A DNA stretch of 64,000 nt, from the NCBI RefSeq assembly GCF_003918875.1, contig NW_025767538.1:186001-250000 (forward strand), given 5' to 3'. Shown here piece after piece: positions 50,634-62,638 of the stretch. The notes beneath the pieces were generated by a model that was given only the letters and a program-made list of their open reading frames with translations, searched no databases and was not told where the DNA came from. The number at the start of each line of letters is the position of its first letter. The first letter of the stretch is position 1. The position numbers and the translations under genes were made by a program. This DNA is from Haliotis rubra (Eukaryota).

Positions 50634-51689
50634 AGGTCACATGCAACCAAGAAATCAAACATAATTAAAACACAATTATCACTTATTCATGACATATAAT
50701 ATACATTGCTGGTTATGAAATAACATATAAACAAAATTCTAAGCGTACAATCGCAAATCAAAAGTGCAATATTGTGTACATGGGTTTATTCCCCAAGAAA
50801 CGAAGCAGCCGGGATACCGAACCCAGTCAGAGCGGGTGGGTGTGCACTCAAGTGTAATAGCTGGTTCATTTGCAGATGCCCTCACGGCTCATTGTGTGTG
50901 TATATATAGAGATATTGGGTTTTGTAAATACATGCTCATTTTTTTGTGTATAACATTTTGCAATCAACAGACATCATAACATGTCATGTGTTCAAGTATC
51001 ACACCTGCCTGTCTGTGTAAATACATAATGTGACAGAGACCGAACTCGGGCCATAAATCAATGCGTTTTGTTTATGGTGTATAGCCTGATTGGTGTTAAG
51101 TTCAAATTGCATGTGGTCAGTGATCGCAGTTGTGTGTTGAATATTGTCATTAGCAGACAGGCAGGCAGACACACAGGTGTCAATAAAACAAGACATTGAG
51201 TTTTGTCTGTAAAACGACATATCTATATCACAGTTAGAAATTCTGTCAACGCTAAATTAAAATAATGACATTGCTTTTAAGTATTGAACTGAGAAAGTGA
51301 CTCGGTAAGAAGAACGTGTGGTGAAATAGACAAATGAAATTATATAAACAGTTTATTTATTGTCATAACATAAAAAAAGCTCGCGCCTGTGAAATATCAA
51401 CAAAACATTAGGAAAATAGCTCACACCAAAGCCTTCACCGAGTATTCACCGGACAGCCCGCTTCCAAGTTACGCGAACCTCTTTTACTGCGCACGTGCTA
51501 TGAGCGCAGCCCAGCTGTTGAAACCAGTTTTAGTGAATCGTTTGAACTCCCATTTTGCGCGCGTTTTTTTTCATCGCGTTATTTTTCAACTTTATAAGTT
51601 GAATTTACATTTTTGATGATTTGTTTCGGTAAGTCCATACCGAAAGGTATCAGAATCTGCAAAGTTGTGTTTTACGTTGCTTGTGACCT
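50634..51689 (-). mobile_element. Non-autonomous Kolobok-type DNA transposon, copy 2 (inverted)
   Basis: TTAA|AGGTCACATGCAAC...GTTGCTTGTGACCT|TTAA; TTAA TSD with RR..YY termini. Confidence 0.87.
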
Positions 51690-51943
51690 TTAAGCTTCAT
51701 CCTAACTAACCTCAGTAACATAAGTTATTGCATGTCGACTGTCAAATCAAAATATGATTTTCTGTTGGTTTTACCTACTTCAACATCAAAATACAATAGC
51801 TGTGTTTCATTTGGGAATGTTTAAGATCTCTAGGCTGTCAATACTGAAGTTTCTAACGAATGAAGTTTCTAGGCATCATATTGAAAACATGGGTAACATT
51901 ATCTTATACAATATTGCTATGTTGTACAGACCTTCCAGACAAG

Positions 51944-52238
51944 ATGGTGTTGATATTCAAGAAGCACCCCATGCTCAACACTATGACAACCTATGCAATA
52001 TTATGGACCATTGCTGATGTCTCCGAGCAGAAACTCATCTCAAAGAAAAAGAAACTTGACATGTGGAAAACTGCCCGAATGACAGTGGTTGGGTCGATGG
52101 TGATTGCTCCCCTTGTTGTTGGGTGGATCCGACTTGCAGAACGTGTCTTGCCAGGAACACACTTCAGCGCTGTCATCAAGAAAGTTGTTATTGAACAGCT
52201 TGTGTTTGCTCCTGTCGGCAATCTGAGTTTTTACACAT
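51944..52238 (+). CDS. Mpv17/PMP22-family membrane protein, first coding exon
   Basis: HP..NT..Y..LW..AD..EQ and W.R.AER.LPG...KKV..EQ.VFAP family pattern; acceptor before 51930, donor gtaagt. Confidence 0.9.
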
Positions 52239-52299
52239 GTAAGTTTTCCTGTACAATCTCTGGGTAATCGTTTGTTGTAAGTCAGATGTGTCTGATCAT

Positions 52300-55200
52300 T
52301 GAGTTGTGCTGTTCCCCTTTGCTGCCAGTAGGTTAGTACTATTACTATTAGTGTTGTGCTGTTCCCCACTGTATTTGATAGATTAGTCCTGAGAGATGAG
52401 TTGTGCTGTTCCCCACTGTATATTTGATAGATTAGTCCTGAGAGATGAGTTGTGCTGTTCCCCAATGTATTTGATAGATTAGTCCTGAGAGATGAGTTGT
52501 GCTGTTCCCCACTGTATATTTGATAGATTAGTCCTGAGAGATGAGTTGTGCTGTTCCCCACTGTATATTTGATAGATTAGTCCTGAGAGATGAGTTGTGC
52601 TGTTCCCCAATGTATTTGATAGATTAGTCCTGAGAGATGAGTTGTGCTGTTCCCCAATGTATTTGATAGATTAGTCCTGAGAGATGAGTTGTGCTGTTCC
52701 CCAATGTATTTGATAGATTAGTCCTGAGAGATGAGCTGTGCTGTTCCCCACTGTATATTTGATAGATTAGTCCTGAGAGATGAGTTGTGCTGTTCCCCAC
52801 TGTATTTGATAGATTAGTCCTGAGAGATGAGTTGTGCTGTTCCCCACTGTATATTTGATAGATTAGTCCTGAGAGATGAGTTGTGCTGTTCCCCACTGTA
52901 TATTTGATAGATTAGTCCTGAGAGATGAGTTGTGCTGTTCCCCACTGTATATTTGATAGATTAGTCCTGAGAGATGAGTTGTGCTGTTCCCCAATGTATT
53001 TTGATAGATTAGTCCTGAGAGATGAGTTGTGCTGTTCCCCACTGTATATTTGATAGATTAGTCCTGAGAGATGAGTTGTGCTGTTCCCCACTGTATATTT
53101 GATAGATTAGTCCTGAGAGATGAGTTGTGCTGTTCCCCAATGTATTTGATAGATTAGTCCTGAGAGATGAGTTGTGCTGTTCCCCAATGTATTTGATAGA
53201 TTAGTCCTGAGAGATGAGTTGTGCTGTTCCCCAATGTATTTGATAGATTAGTCCTGAGAGATGAGTTGTGCTGTTCCCCACTGTATATTTGATAGATTAG
53301 TCCTGAGAGATGAGTTGTGCTGTTCCCCACTGTATTTGATAGATTAGTCCTGAGAGATGAGTTGTGCTGTTCCCCACTGTATTTGATAGATTAGTCCTGA
53401 GAGATGAGTTGTGCTGTTCCCCACTGTATATTTGATAGATTAGTCCTGAGAGATGAGTTGTGCTGTTCCCCACTGTATTTTGATAGATTAGTCCTGAGAG
53501 ATGAGTTGTGCTGTTCCCCAATGTATTTGATAGATTAGTCCTGAGAGATGAGTTGTGCTGTTCCCCACTGTATATTTGATAGATTAGTCCTGAGAGATGA
53601 GTTGTGCTGTTCCCTACTGTATATTTGATAGATTAGTCCTGAGAGATGAGTTGTGCTGTTCCCTACTGTATATTTGATAGATTAGTCCTGAGAGATGAGT
53701 TGTGCTGTTCCCCACTGTATATTTGATAGATTAGTCCTGAGAGATGAGTTGTGCTGTTCCCCACTGTATTTGATAGATTAGTCCTGAGAGATGAGTTGTG
53801 CTGTTCCCCACTGTATTTGATAGATTAGTCCTGAGAGATGAGTTGTGCTGTTCCCTACTGTATATTTGATAGATTAGTCCTGAGAGATGAGTTGTGCTGT
53901 TCCCCACTGTATTTGATAGATTAGTCCTGAGAGATGAGTTGTGCTGTTCCCCAATGTATTTGATAGATTAGTCCTGAGAGATGAGTTGTGCTGTTCCCCA
54001 CTGTATATTTGATAGATTAGTCCTGAGAGATGAGTTGTGCTGTTCCCCACTGTATATTTGATAGATTAGTCCTGAGAGATGAGTTGTGCTGTTCCCCACT
54101 GTATTTGATAGATTAGTCCTGAGAGATGAGTTGTGCTGTTCCCCAATGTATTTGATAGATTAGTCCTGAGAGATGAGTTGATGCTGTTGTGCTGTTCCCC
54201 ACTATATTTGATAGATTAGTCCTGAGAGATGAGTTGTGCTGTTCCCCACTGTATGTTGATAGATTAGTCCTGAGAGATGAGTTGTGCTGTTCCCTACTGT
54301 ATATTTGATAGATTAGTCCTGAGAGATGAGTTGTGCTGTTCCCTACTGTATATTTGATAGATTAGTCCTGAGAGATGAGTTGTGCTGTTCCCTACTGTAT
54401 TTGATAGATTAGTCCTGAGAGATGAGTTGTGCTGTTCCCCCACTGTATTTGATAGATTAGTCCTGAGAGATGAGTTGTGCTGTTCCCTACTGTATATTTG
54501 ATAGATTAGTCCTGAGAGATGAGTTGTGCTGTTCCCTACTGTATATTTGATAGATTAGTCCTGAGAGATGAGTTGTGCTGTTCCCTACTGTATAGTTGAT
54601 AGATTAGTCCTGAGAGATGAGTTGTGCTGTTCCCCACTGTATTTGATAGATTAGTCCTGAGAGATGAGTTGTGCTGTTCCCCAATGTATTTGATAGATTA
54701 GTCCTGAGAGATGAGTTGTGCTGTTCCCTACTGTATATTTGATAGATTAGTCCTGAGAGATGAGTTGTGCTGTTCCCTACTGTATATTTGATAGATTAGT
54801 CCTGAGAGATGAGTTGTGCTGTTCCCCACTGTATATTTGATAGATTAGTCCTGAGAGATGAGTTGTGCTGTTCCCCACTGTATTTGATAGATTAGTCCTG
54901 AGAGATGAGTTGTGCTGTTCCCCACTGTATTTGATAGATTAGTCCTGAGAGATGAGTTGTGCTGTTCCCTACTGTATATTTGATAGATTAGTCCTGAGAG
55001 ATGAGTTGTGCTGTTCCCTACTGTATTTGATAGATTAGTCCTGAGAGATGAGTTGTGCTGTTCCCCACTGTATATTTGATAGATTAGTCCTGAGAGATGA
55101 GTTGTGCTGTTCCCTACTGTATTTGATAGATTAGTCCTGAGAGATGAGTTGTGCTGTTCCCCACTGTATATTTGATAGATTAGTCCTGAGAGATGAGTTG

Positions 55201-57054
55201 TGCTGTTCCCTACTGTATTTGATAGATTAGTCCTGAGAGATGAGTTGTGCTGTTCCCTACTGTATTTTGATAGATTAGTCCTGAGAGATGAGTTGTGCTG
55301 TTCCCTACTGTATAGATTGATAGATTAGTCCTGAGAGATGAGTTGTGCTGTTCCCCACTGTATATTTGATAGATTAGTCCTGAGAGATGAGTTGTGCTGT
55401 TCCCTACTGTATATTTGATAGATTAGTCCTGAGAGATGAGTTGTGCTGTTCCCTACTGTATAGTTGATAGATTAGTCCTGAGAGATGAGTTGTGCTGTTC
55501 CCCACTGTATTTTGATAGATTAGTCCTGAGAGATGAGTTGTGCTGTTCCCCAATGTATTTGATAGATTAGTCCTGAGAGATGATGGTTGTGCTGTTCCTA
55601 CTGTATATTTGATAGATTAGTCCTGAGAGATGAGTTGTGCTGTTCCCTACTGTATATTTGATAGATTAGTCCTGAGAGAGATGAGTTGTGCTGTTCCCCA
55701 CTGTATTTTGATAGATTAGTCCTGAGAGATGAGTTGTGCTGTTCCCCAACTGTATTTGATAGATTAGTCCTGAGAGATGAGTTGTGCTGTTCCCACTGTG
55801 TATTTGATAGATTAGTCCTGAGAGAGATGAGTTGTGCTGTTCCCCACTGTACTGTTATTTGATAGATTAGTCCTGAGAGATGAGTTGTGCTGTTCCCTAC
55901 TGTATTTGATAGATTAGTCCTGAGAGATGAGTTGTGCTGTTCCTACTGTATAGTTGATAGATTAGTCCTGAGAGATGAGTTGTGCTGTTCCCACTGTATT
56001 TGATAGATTAGTCCTGAGAGATGAGTTGTGCTGTTCCCCAATGTATTTGATAGATTAGTCCTGAGAGATGAGTTGTGCTGTTCCCTACTGTATATTTGAT
56101 AGATTAGTCCTGAGAGATGAGTTGTGCTGTTCCCTACTGTATATTTGATAGATTAGTCCTGAGAGATGAGTTGTGCTGTTCCCTACTGTATAGTTGATAG
56201 ATTAGTCCTGAGAGATGAGTTGTGCTGTTCCCCACTGTATATTTGATAGATTAGTCCTGAGAGATGAGTTGTGCTGTTCCCCAATGTATTTGATAGATTA
56301 GTCCTGAGAGATGAGTTGTGCTGTTCCCCACTGTATTTGATAGATTAGTCCTGAGAGATGAGTTGTGCTGTTCCCTACTGTATTTGATAGATTAGTCCTG
56401 AGAGATGAGTTGTGCTGTTCCCTACTGTATTTGATAGATTAGTCCTGAGAGATGAGTTGTGCTGTTCCCTACTGTATATTTGATAGATTAGTCCTGAGAG
56501 ATGAGTTGTGCTGTTCCCTACTGTATATTTGATAGATTAGTCCTGAGAGATGAGTTGTGCTGTTCCCTACTGTATAGTTGATAGATTAGTCCTGAGAGAT
56601 GAGTTGTGCTGTTCCCCACTGTATTTGATAGATTAGTCCTGAGAGATGAGTTGTGCTGTTCCCCAATGTATTTGATAGATTAGTCCTGAGAGATGAGTTG
56701 TGCTGTTCCCTACTGTATATTTGATAGATTAGTCCTGAGAGATGAGTTGTGCTGTTCCCTACTGTATATTTGATAGATTAGTCCTGAGAGATGAGTTGTG
56801 CTGTTCCCTACTGTATAGTTGATAGATTAGTCCTGAGAGATGAGTTGTGCTGTTCCCCACTGTATATTTGATAGATTAGTCCTGAGAGATGAGTTGTGCT
56901 GTTCCCCAATGTATTTGATAGATTAGTCCTGAGAGATGAGTTGTGCTGTTCCCTACTGTATATTTGATAGATTAGTCCTGAGAGATGAGTTGTGCTGTTC
57001 CCCACTGTATATTTGATAGATTAGTCCTGAGAGATGAGTTGTGCTGTTCCCCAA
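52300..57054. repeat. 47-49-bp minisatellite, roughly 100 copies, filling the Mpv17-like intron
   Basis: gatagattagtcctgagagatgagttgtgctgttccccactgtatattt. Confidence 0.98.
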
Positions 57055-57205
57055 GGTAGCTCAATGGTTTGAATGTACCAGTAGATAGTTTGAAGGAACA
57101 AGTTGACATGTGACTCCTTTAGCTTTTCTCCCACATAATCCCAATCTATCTCAAACACTGTTCCATATGATGACATTAAGCCCAACACTCACTGTATGTT
57201 TTCAG

Positions 57206-57273
57206 CTACTAGTCTCCTGGAAAGGAAGGATGTAGTTACAGAAATCAAGGCAAAGTTCCTCAAGACATACAAG
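57206..57273 (+). CDS. Mpv17/PMP22-family exon (STSLLERKDVVTEIKAKFLKTYK)
   Basis: tttcag/gtgaga; phase 1 to 0 consistent; E.K.KF..TYK pattern. Confidence 0.9.
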
Positions 57274-57274
57274 G

Positions 57275-57940
57275 TGAGAAGGCAGTAAAATAGAAATAAA
57301 GAGAAGAAGGCAGTCAAATACAAGTACATGGGAAGAAGGGAGTAAAATAAACATAAAAGTTAAGAATGTAAGAAAACTGTTCCCACAAGGGAAGAAGGGA
57401 GTTAAATAAACATGAAAGGGAAGAAGGCAGTAATATAATACGAGGGAAGAAGGGAGTAAAATAAACATGAGGTGAGGTGAAATTGGGTTTAACATTGCGC
57501 TTGAGAACATTTCGCTCATATGACGACGTGCATGCGTGTGTATGTGTATGTGCGGCTGCTTGTACTAGCCCAGACTGAAGCTGGTTTTATAGTGCTAGCC
57601 CACTGAGATACCATGCCGTAGTGAAGCATGAATACCCTACTCAGACACATTATACTGACTCCGAGCCAACCAGTCCTTGTTGTACCCATTAATGCCGAAC
57701 GCCAGGCAGGGACCAACAAGTACCATATATTAACGTCTTTTGGTATGACGCAGTTCAGGGATCGAACCCGCGACCTTCCGCTCTCTGGGCGGACACTCTA
57801 ACCACTACACCACGGAGGCGGTCAAAATAAACATGAAAGGGAAGAAGGGAGTAAAATAAACATGAAAATGAAGAAGGCAGGTGAAATATACATGAACAGG
57901 AAGAAGGCAGAAAAATAAACATACATGGGAAGAAGGGGGT
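57275..57940. repeat. Degenerate purine-rich repeat of about 30 bp, starting at the donor and split by a SINE
   Basis: gaagaagggagtaaaataaacatgaaagg. Confidence 0.8.
57471..57823 (-). mobile_element. SINE family C full-length copy
   Basis: A/B boxes, V-like core, flanking direct repeat aaaataaacatga. Confidence 0.85.
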
Positions 57941-58002
57941 TTAACACAATGCTCATAAAGGTGAGCTTCTGCACCTGTGATAACTATTCTTCCCTGTATC
58001 AG

Positions 58003-58152
58003 ACTGGGCTGATGTTCTGGCCCTTCGTGCAGACAGTCAACTACTCCGCCGTGCCCCACCTCTACAAGCCAGTGTTTGTTGCTGGAGCTTCCTTCATGTG
58101 GAGTCTGTTCCTCTGCTTCATGAAAGAAGATCCTGTGAGTGCCCAGACTTAA
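58003..58152 (+). CDS. Mpv17/PMP22-family last coding exon (TGLMFWPFVQTVNYSAVP...SFMWSLFLCFMK...*)
   Basis: tatcag acceptor; FWP.VQ..N...VP signature; a gtgagt at 58135 could be an alternative donor. Confidence 0.88.
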   Translation, partial: TGLMFWPFVQTVNYSAVPHLYKPVFVAGASFMWSLFLCFMKEDPVSAQT

Positions 58153-58624
58153 TTATGTGCTCTGTAACCTTGGTAACACCGTCACATTATCCTGTACTAT
58201 GTAACCTTGGTAACACTGTAATACCATCATTGACTTTGTAACACTGACATCAGGAAGCTGACATAGGACTAACAGGGGGAGGAGGGTCTACAACTGTGAC
58301 ACGGTCCGCTCCCTCCCTGACACCTTTTGAGATGTTTCTTTCAGGACAAGTATTTCGTTATATGAAGGAAAATTTATGCTATGTTTTTTTTTTTATTAGA
58401 ATAAGAACAACGACCAAAAATCCAAGTGCAGTTAACGAGGCCGAGGATTAGTGAGGTGTCCAGCAGCTGGTCTGTCGGTGGTCAACTTCAGGGATCAACA
58501 CTACTGACCGTCTGCTTTGAGCTGATCAAGAAACTTGTTAATCTGAGGCCACAACATACTGTTTGTTTATTTGTTTGTTTGTTGAACTAGCGTTGTTTTG
58601 TGAGACACATTTCTAATCAGTATA

Positions 58625-58783
58625 GGGGCGGTGGGGTGGCCTAGTGATTAAAGCGTTTGCTTGTCACACCAAAAATCAGGGTTCGATTCGCCTCACAGGT
58701 ACAGTGTGTGAAGCCCATTTCTGCTATCCCCCGCTGTGATGTTGCATGAATATTGCTGCCGCAGCAAGAACCCCACCTCACTC
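58625..58783 (+). mobile_element. SINE family A copy
   Basis: ggggcggtggggtggcctagtg...ggttcgattcg...gaagcccatttct. Confidence 0.82.
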
Positions 58784-59481
58784 TATTCAGTATAACGCTG
58801 CAGTGTTTACATAAATACACAGTTTTTCTGTCATCACGGTTCATGGTTACATTAACCAGTCTAAAATTTGTTCAACATTAGATACCAGAAACATCCACAG
58901 CTGATGTCCATCTCCTGATTCAGTTGTTTGTTGTTTCCATGGTTACATATAAAAATATGTTTTTAAGCAGGCATTCCCACCATGTACTTGTGTAAGCCTT
59001 GCCATCTGAGCCAGCCCTCGGTGATGTGTTACTTGTTGGCTTTACTGATCTTGTTAATTTATTACTTCTCTCTAGAGGATGTTTGTACAAATATTTATAC
59101 AGTTACATATGTAGATACCTTTATAGCAATACAGATTTGTTTACACAAAGTGAAAAGATCTTTTAGACATATTTTTACAATTATATTTATTGTGTTATGG
59201 AAAATACAATATATTTTAGTGAACTGAAGTTGTTACATTTCATAGCGTAGAGAATATGGTGTCTCCATCGTGTGTGAATGTGATTTAGACTTGTTTTCAT
59301 TCAATAAATGAATAGGGATCGGTGTACAAGCTGCTATAGTATATCAACACCGCTCTCATACAACATATAACACACGTTTAAAGTCAGATCATGATATACA
59401 TTCTCATACAAGTTTACAACAGTGTGTTAAACAGAACACAGAAGTATGGTGAAAACATATAGGTGTGATATGAATATGTAA

Positions 59482-59532
59482 TGAACCTGTGTGTGTGTGT
59501 GTGAAGTATGTATTGATGGTAGTGTTTGACTG

Positions 59533-59572
<40 letters not shown>

Positions 59573-59857
59573 GTATGTATAATATTGATGGTAGTGTTTG
59601 ACTGAACCTGTGTGTGTGTGAAGTGTGTATTGATGGTAGTGTTTGACTGATTGATGGTAGTGTTTGGCTGAACCTGTGTGTGTGAAGTATGTATTGATGG
59701 TAGTGTTTGACTGAACCTGTGTGTGTGTGAAGTATGTATTGATGGTAGTGTTTGACTGAACCTGTGTGTGTGTGTGAAGTATGTATTGATGGTAGTGTTT
59801 GACTGAACCTGTGTGTGTGTGAAGTATGTATTGATGGTAGTGTTTGACTGAACCTCT

Positions 59858-59893
<36 letters not shown>

Positions 59894-60174
59894 TGATGGT
59901 AGTGTTTGACTGATTGATGGTAGTGTTTGGCTGAACCTGTGTGTGTGAAGTATGTACTGATGGTAGTGTTTGACTGAACCTGTGTGTGTGTGAAGTATGT
60001 ATTGATGGTAGTGTTTGACTGAACCTGTGTGTGTGTGTGTGAAGTATGTATTGATGGTAGTGTTTGACTGAACCTCTGTGTGTGTGTGTGTGTGTGTGTG
60101 AAGTATGTATTTATGGTAGTGTTTGATTGAATGTGTGTGTGTGTGAAGTATGTGTTGATGGTAGTGTTTGACTG

Positions 60175-60214
<40 letters not shown>

Positions 60215-60240
60215 TGTGTGTGTGTGTGTGAGTGAGTGAT
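59482..60240. repeat. Compound minisatellite with an embedded variable (TG)n
   Basis: aagtatgtattgatggtagtgtttgactgaacc(tg)n. Confidence 0.95.
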
Positions 60241-60657
60241 GTATTACTGATATTATCTTTCATCACCTCTATCTCAGGGTTGTCAATGGTGCAGTTCCTG
60301 TCAACAATACCTAAACCGATGATGAACAAGATGAATGTGATGAATATTGCTCACAGCCGTTGTTATCAATATCAACATAGTTTTATATCAATACTTGTTG
60401 CCTTTTTATGTTTCTTCTAATAGTTTTATGTTTAATTGTTGGCACGTCTGTGATTACTCTGGTGATTTTGTTATGACATAATGGCTACTACATCATATAG
60501 TGTTGTATCTTGTGTTATGGCATAGTGACTGGTAGAATATGGTGATTTCATTTTATTACACAAGACTTTGGTATAAAATAGTGTATTCATTATGAAACAC
60601 AAGGCTTTTGTATAGTGTCGTTGACTTTGGTATAATGTGTTGACTGCAAGTTTTATG

Positions 60658-60863
60658 TAATGATTTCATGTAATAACTTAAAACCTTGATAGAAGGTAGT
60701 GATTTCATGTAATAACTTAAAACCTTGATAGAAGGTAGTGATTTCACGTAATAACCTAAAACCTTGATAGAAGGTGGTGATTTCATGTAACAACTCAAAA
60801 CTTTGATAGAATTCAGTGATTTCATGTAATAACTTAAAACCTTGATAGAATGTAGTGATTTCA
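60658..60863. repeat. 39-bp repeat, about 5 copies
   Basis: gtgatttcatgtaataacttaaaaccttgatagaaggta. Confidence 0.93.
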
Positions 60864-61421
60864 AGTTTTAACACCAGGTTCCAGTAATAGAACCAGTATG
60901 ATGGATTATTTTCATGTTATTACACATGGATTTGATATAATGTATGAATGTCCTGAACAAGGAGGCCTTGTCCTGTAGTGACCTCACACTATAACACCAG
61001 ACTGATATAATGTGTTAACAAGACCCTGGTGTGATGGTATTTCAGGTTAAAACATGTCTGTGTGATGTAATGCATTGCTTTTGTCATATCATTGGGAGCA
61101 GGACAAAAGCCACCTGGGCAAATGCCACCCGGACAAAAGCCACCTGGACCCCATATCATTACATGTTGATATGGTGACTTTTCAGGTGATAATGTCGTTA
61201 TATCACATCTTCATGTCATTACAGCTTCCTACAAGGAATGTATTTCACTTTGACATTGTATTATAACAAGATGATTTGTTTTAAACTCAGGACTTCATAC
61301 CATGTTGTCATGAGTGGCAGGTGTTGTTTACTTAAGTCTCCTGCAAGATGATGCAACACATCACAGAGGCAGGGCTGTCACTGCCAACACAAGGACCACA
61401 GCCTTTATACTGTTGCTGAAC

Positions 61422-62400
61422 TGCCCACTTGGTGAGATGATTTAAGCCATTAAGCCAAGTTGTTAGAATGCCCCACCTGGTGAGATGATTTAAGCCAAGT
61501 TGTTAGAATGCCCCACCTGGTGAGATGATTTAAGCCAAGTTGTTAGAATGCCCCACCTGGTGAGATGATTTAAGCCAAGTTGTTAGAATGACCCACCTGG
61601 TGAGATGATTTAAGCTAAGTTGTTAGAATGCCCCTCTGGGAGAGATGATTTAAGCCAAGTTGATAGAATGCCCACCTGGTGAGGTGATTTAAGCCAAGTT
61701 GTTAGAATGCCCCACCTGGTGAGATGATTTAAGCCAAGTTGTTAGAATGCCCCACTGGGAGAGATGATTTTAACCCAAGTTGTTTGAATGCCCCACCGGG
61801 AGAGATGATTTAAGCCAAGTTGTTAGAATGACCCACCTGGTGAGATGATTTAAGCCAAGTTGTTAGAATGCCCCACTGGGAGAGATGATTTAAGCCAAGT
61901 TGTTAGAATGCCCCACCTGGTGAGATGATTTAAGCCAAGTTGTTAGAATGCCCCACCTGGTGAGATGATTTAAGCCAAGTTGTTAGAATGCCCCACTGGG
62001 AGAGGTGATTTAAGCCAAGTTGTTAGAATGCCCCACTGGGAGAGGTGATTTAAGCCAAGTTGTTAGAATGTCCCACTGGGAGAGGTGATTTAAGCCAAGT
62101 TGCTAGAATGTCCCACTGGGAGAGGTGATTTAAGCCAAGTTGTTAGAATGTCCCACTGGGTGAGGTGATTTAAGCCAAGTTGTTAGAATGTCCCACTGGG
62201 TGAGGTGATTTAAGCCAAGTTGTTAGAATGTCCCACTGGGTGAGGTGATTTAAGCCAAGTTGCTAGAATGTCCCACTGGGAGAGGTGATTTAAGCCAAGT
62301 TGTTAGAATGTCCCACTGGGAGAGGTGATTTAAGCCAAGTTGTTAAAATGCTCCAACGGGTGAGATGACTTAAGCCAAGTTGTTAGAATGTCCCACCTGT
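61422..62400. repeat. 40-bp minisatellite
   Basis: gagatgatttaagccaagttgttagaatgccccacctggt. Confidence 0.96.
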
Positions 62401-62638
62401 TAAGGTGATATGACCAATTTGTTGTCACTCAATTTGTTGCCACTCAAGTTAAAATGCCACTCAAAGAAGTGAACAATTTGTTCGAATATCCCATTGGGTA
62501 AGACTATTTTAACCATTAATATTGTGCCATTATGATATTTTTGTGATGTGTGATTCTAGAGATGTGAGGTGTGATACATCTAAAGTGAAATGTTGGTTAT
62601 ATTGTGTGCTGTCATTCAGATTTGTTAAACAATTTTTC

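Noticed and set aside
52300-57054. CRISPR-like regular repeats (also the other arrays)
   Set aside because: Head-to-tail units with no unique spacers, no cas genes, eukaryotic context.
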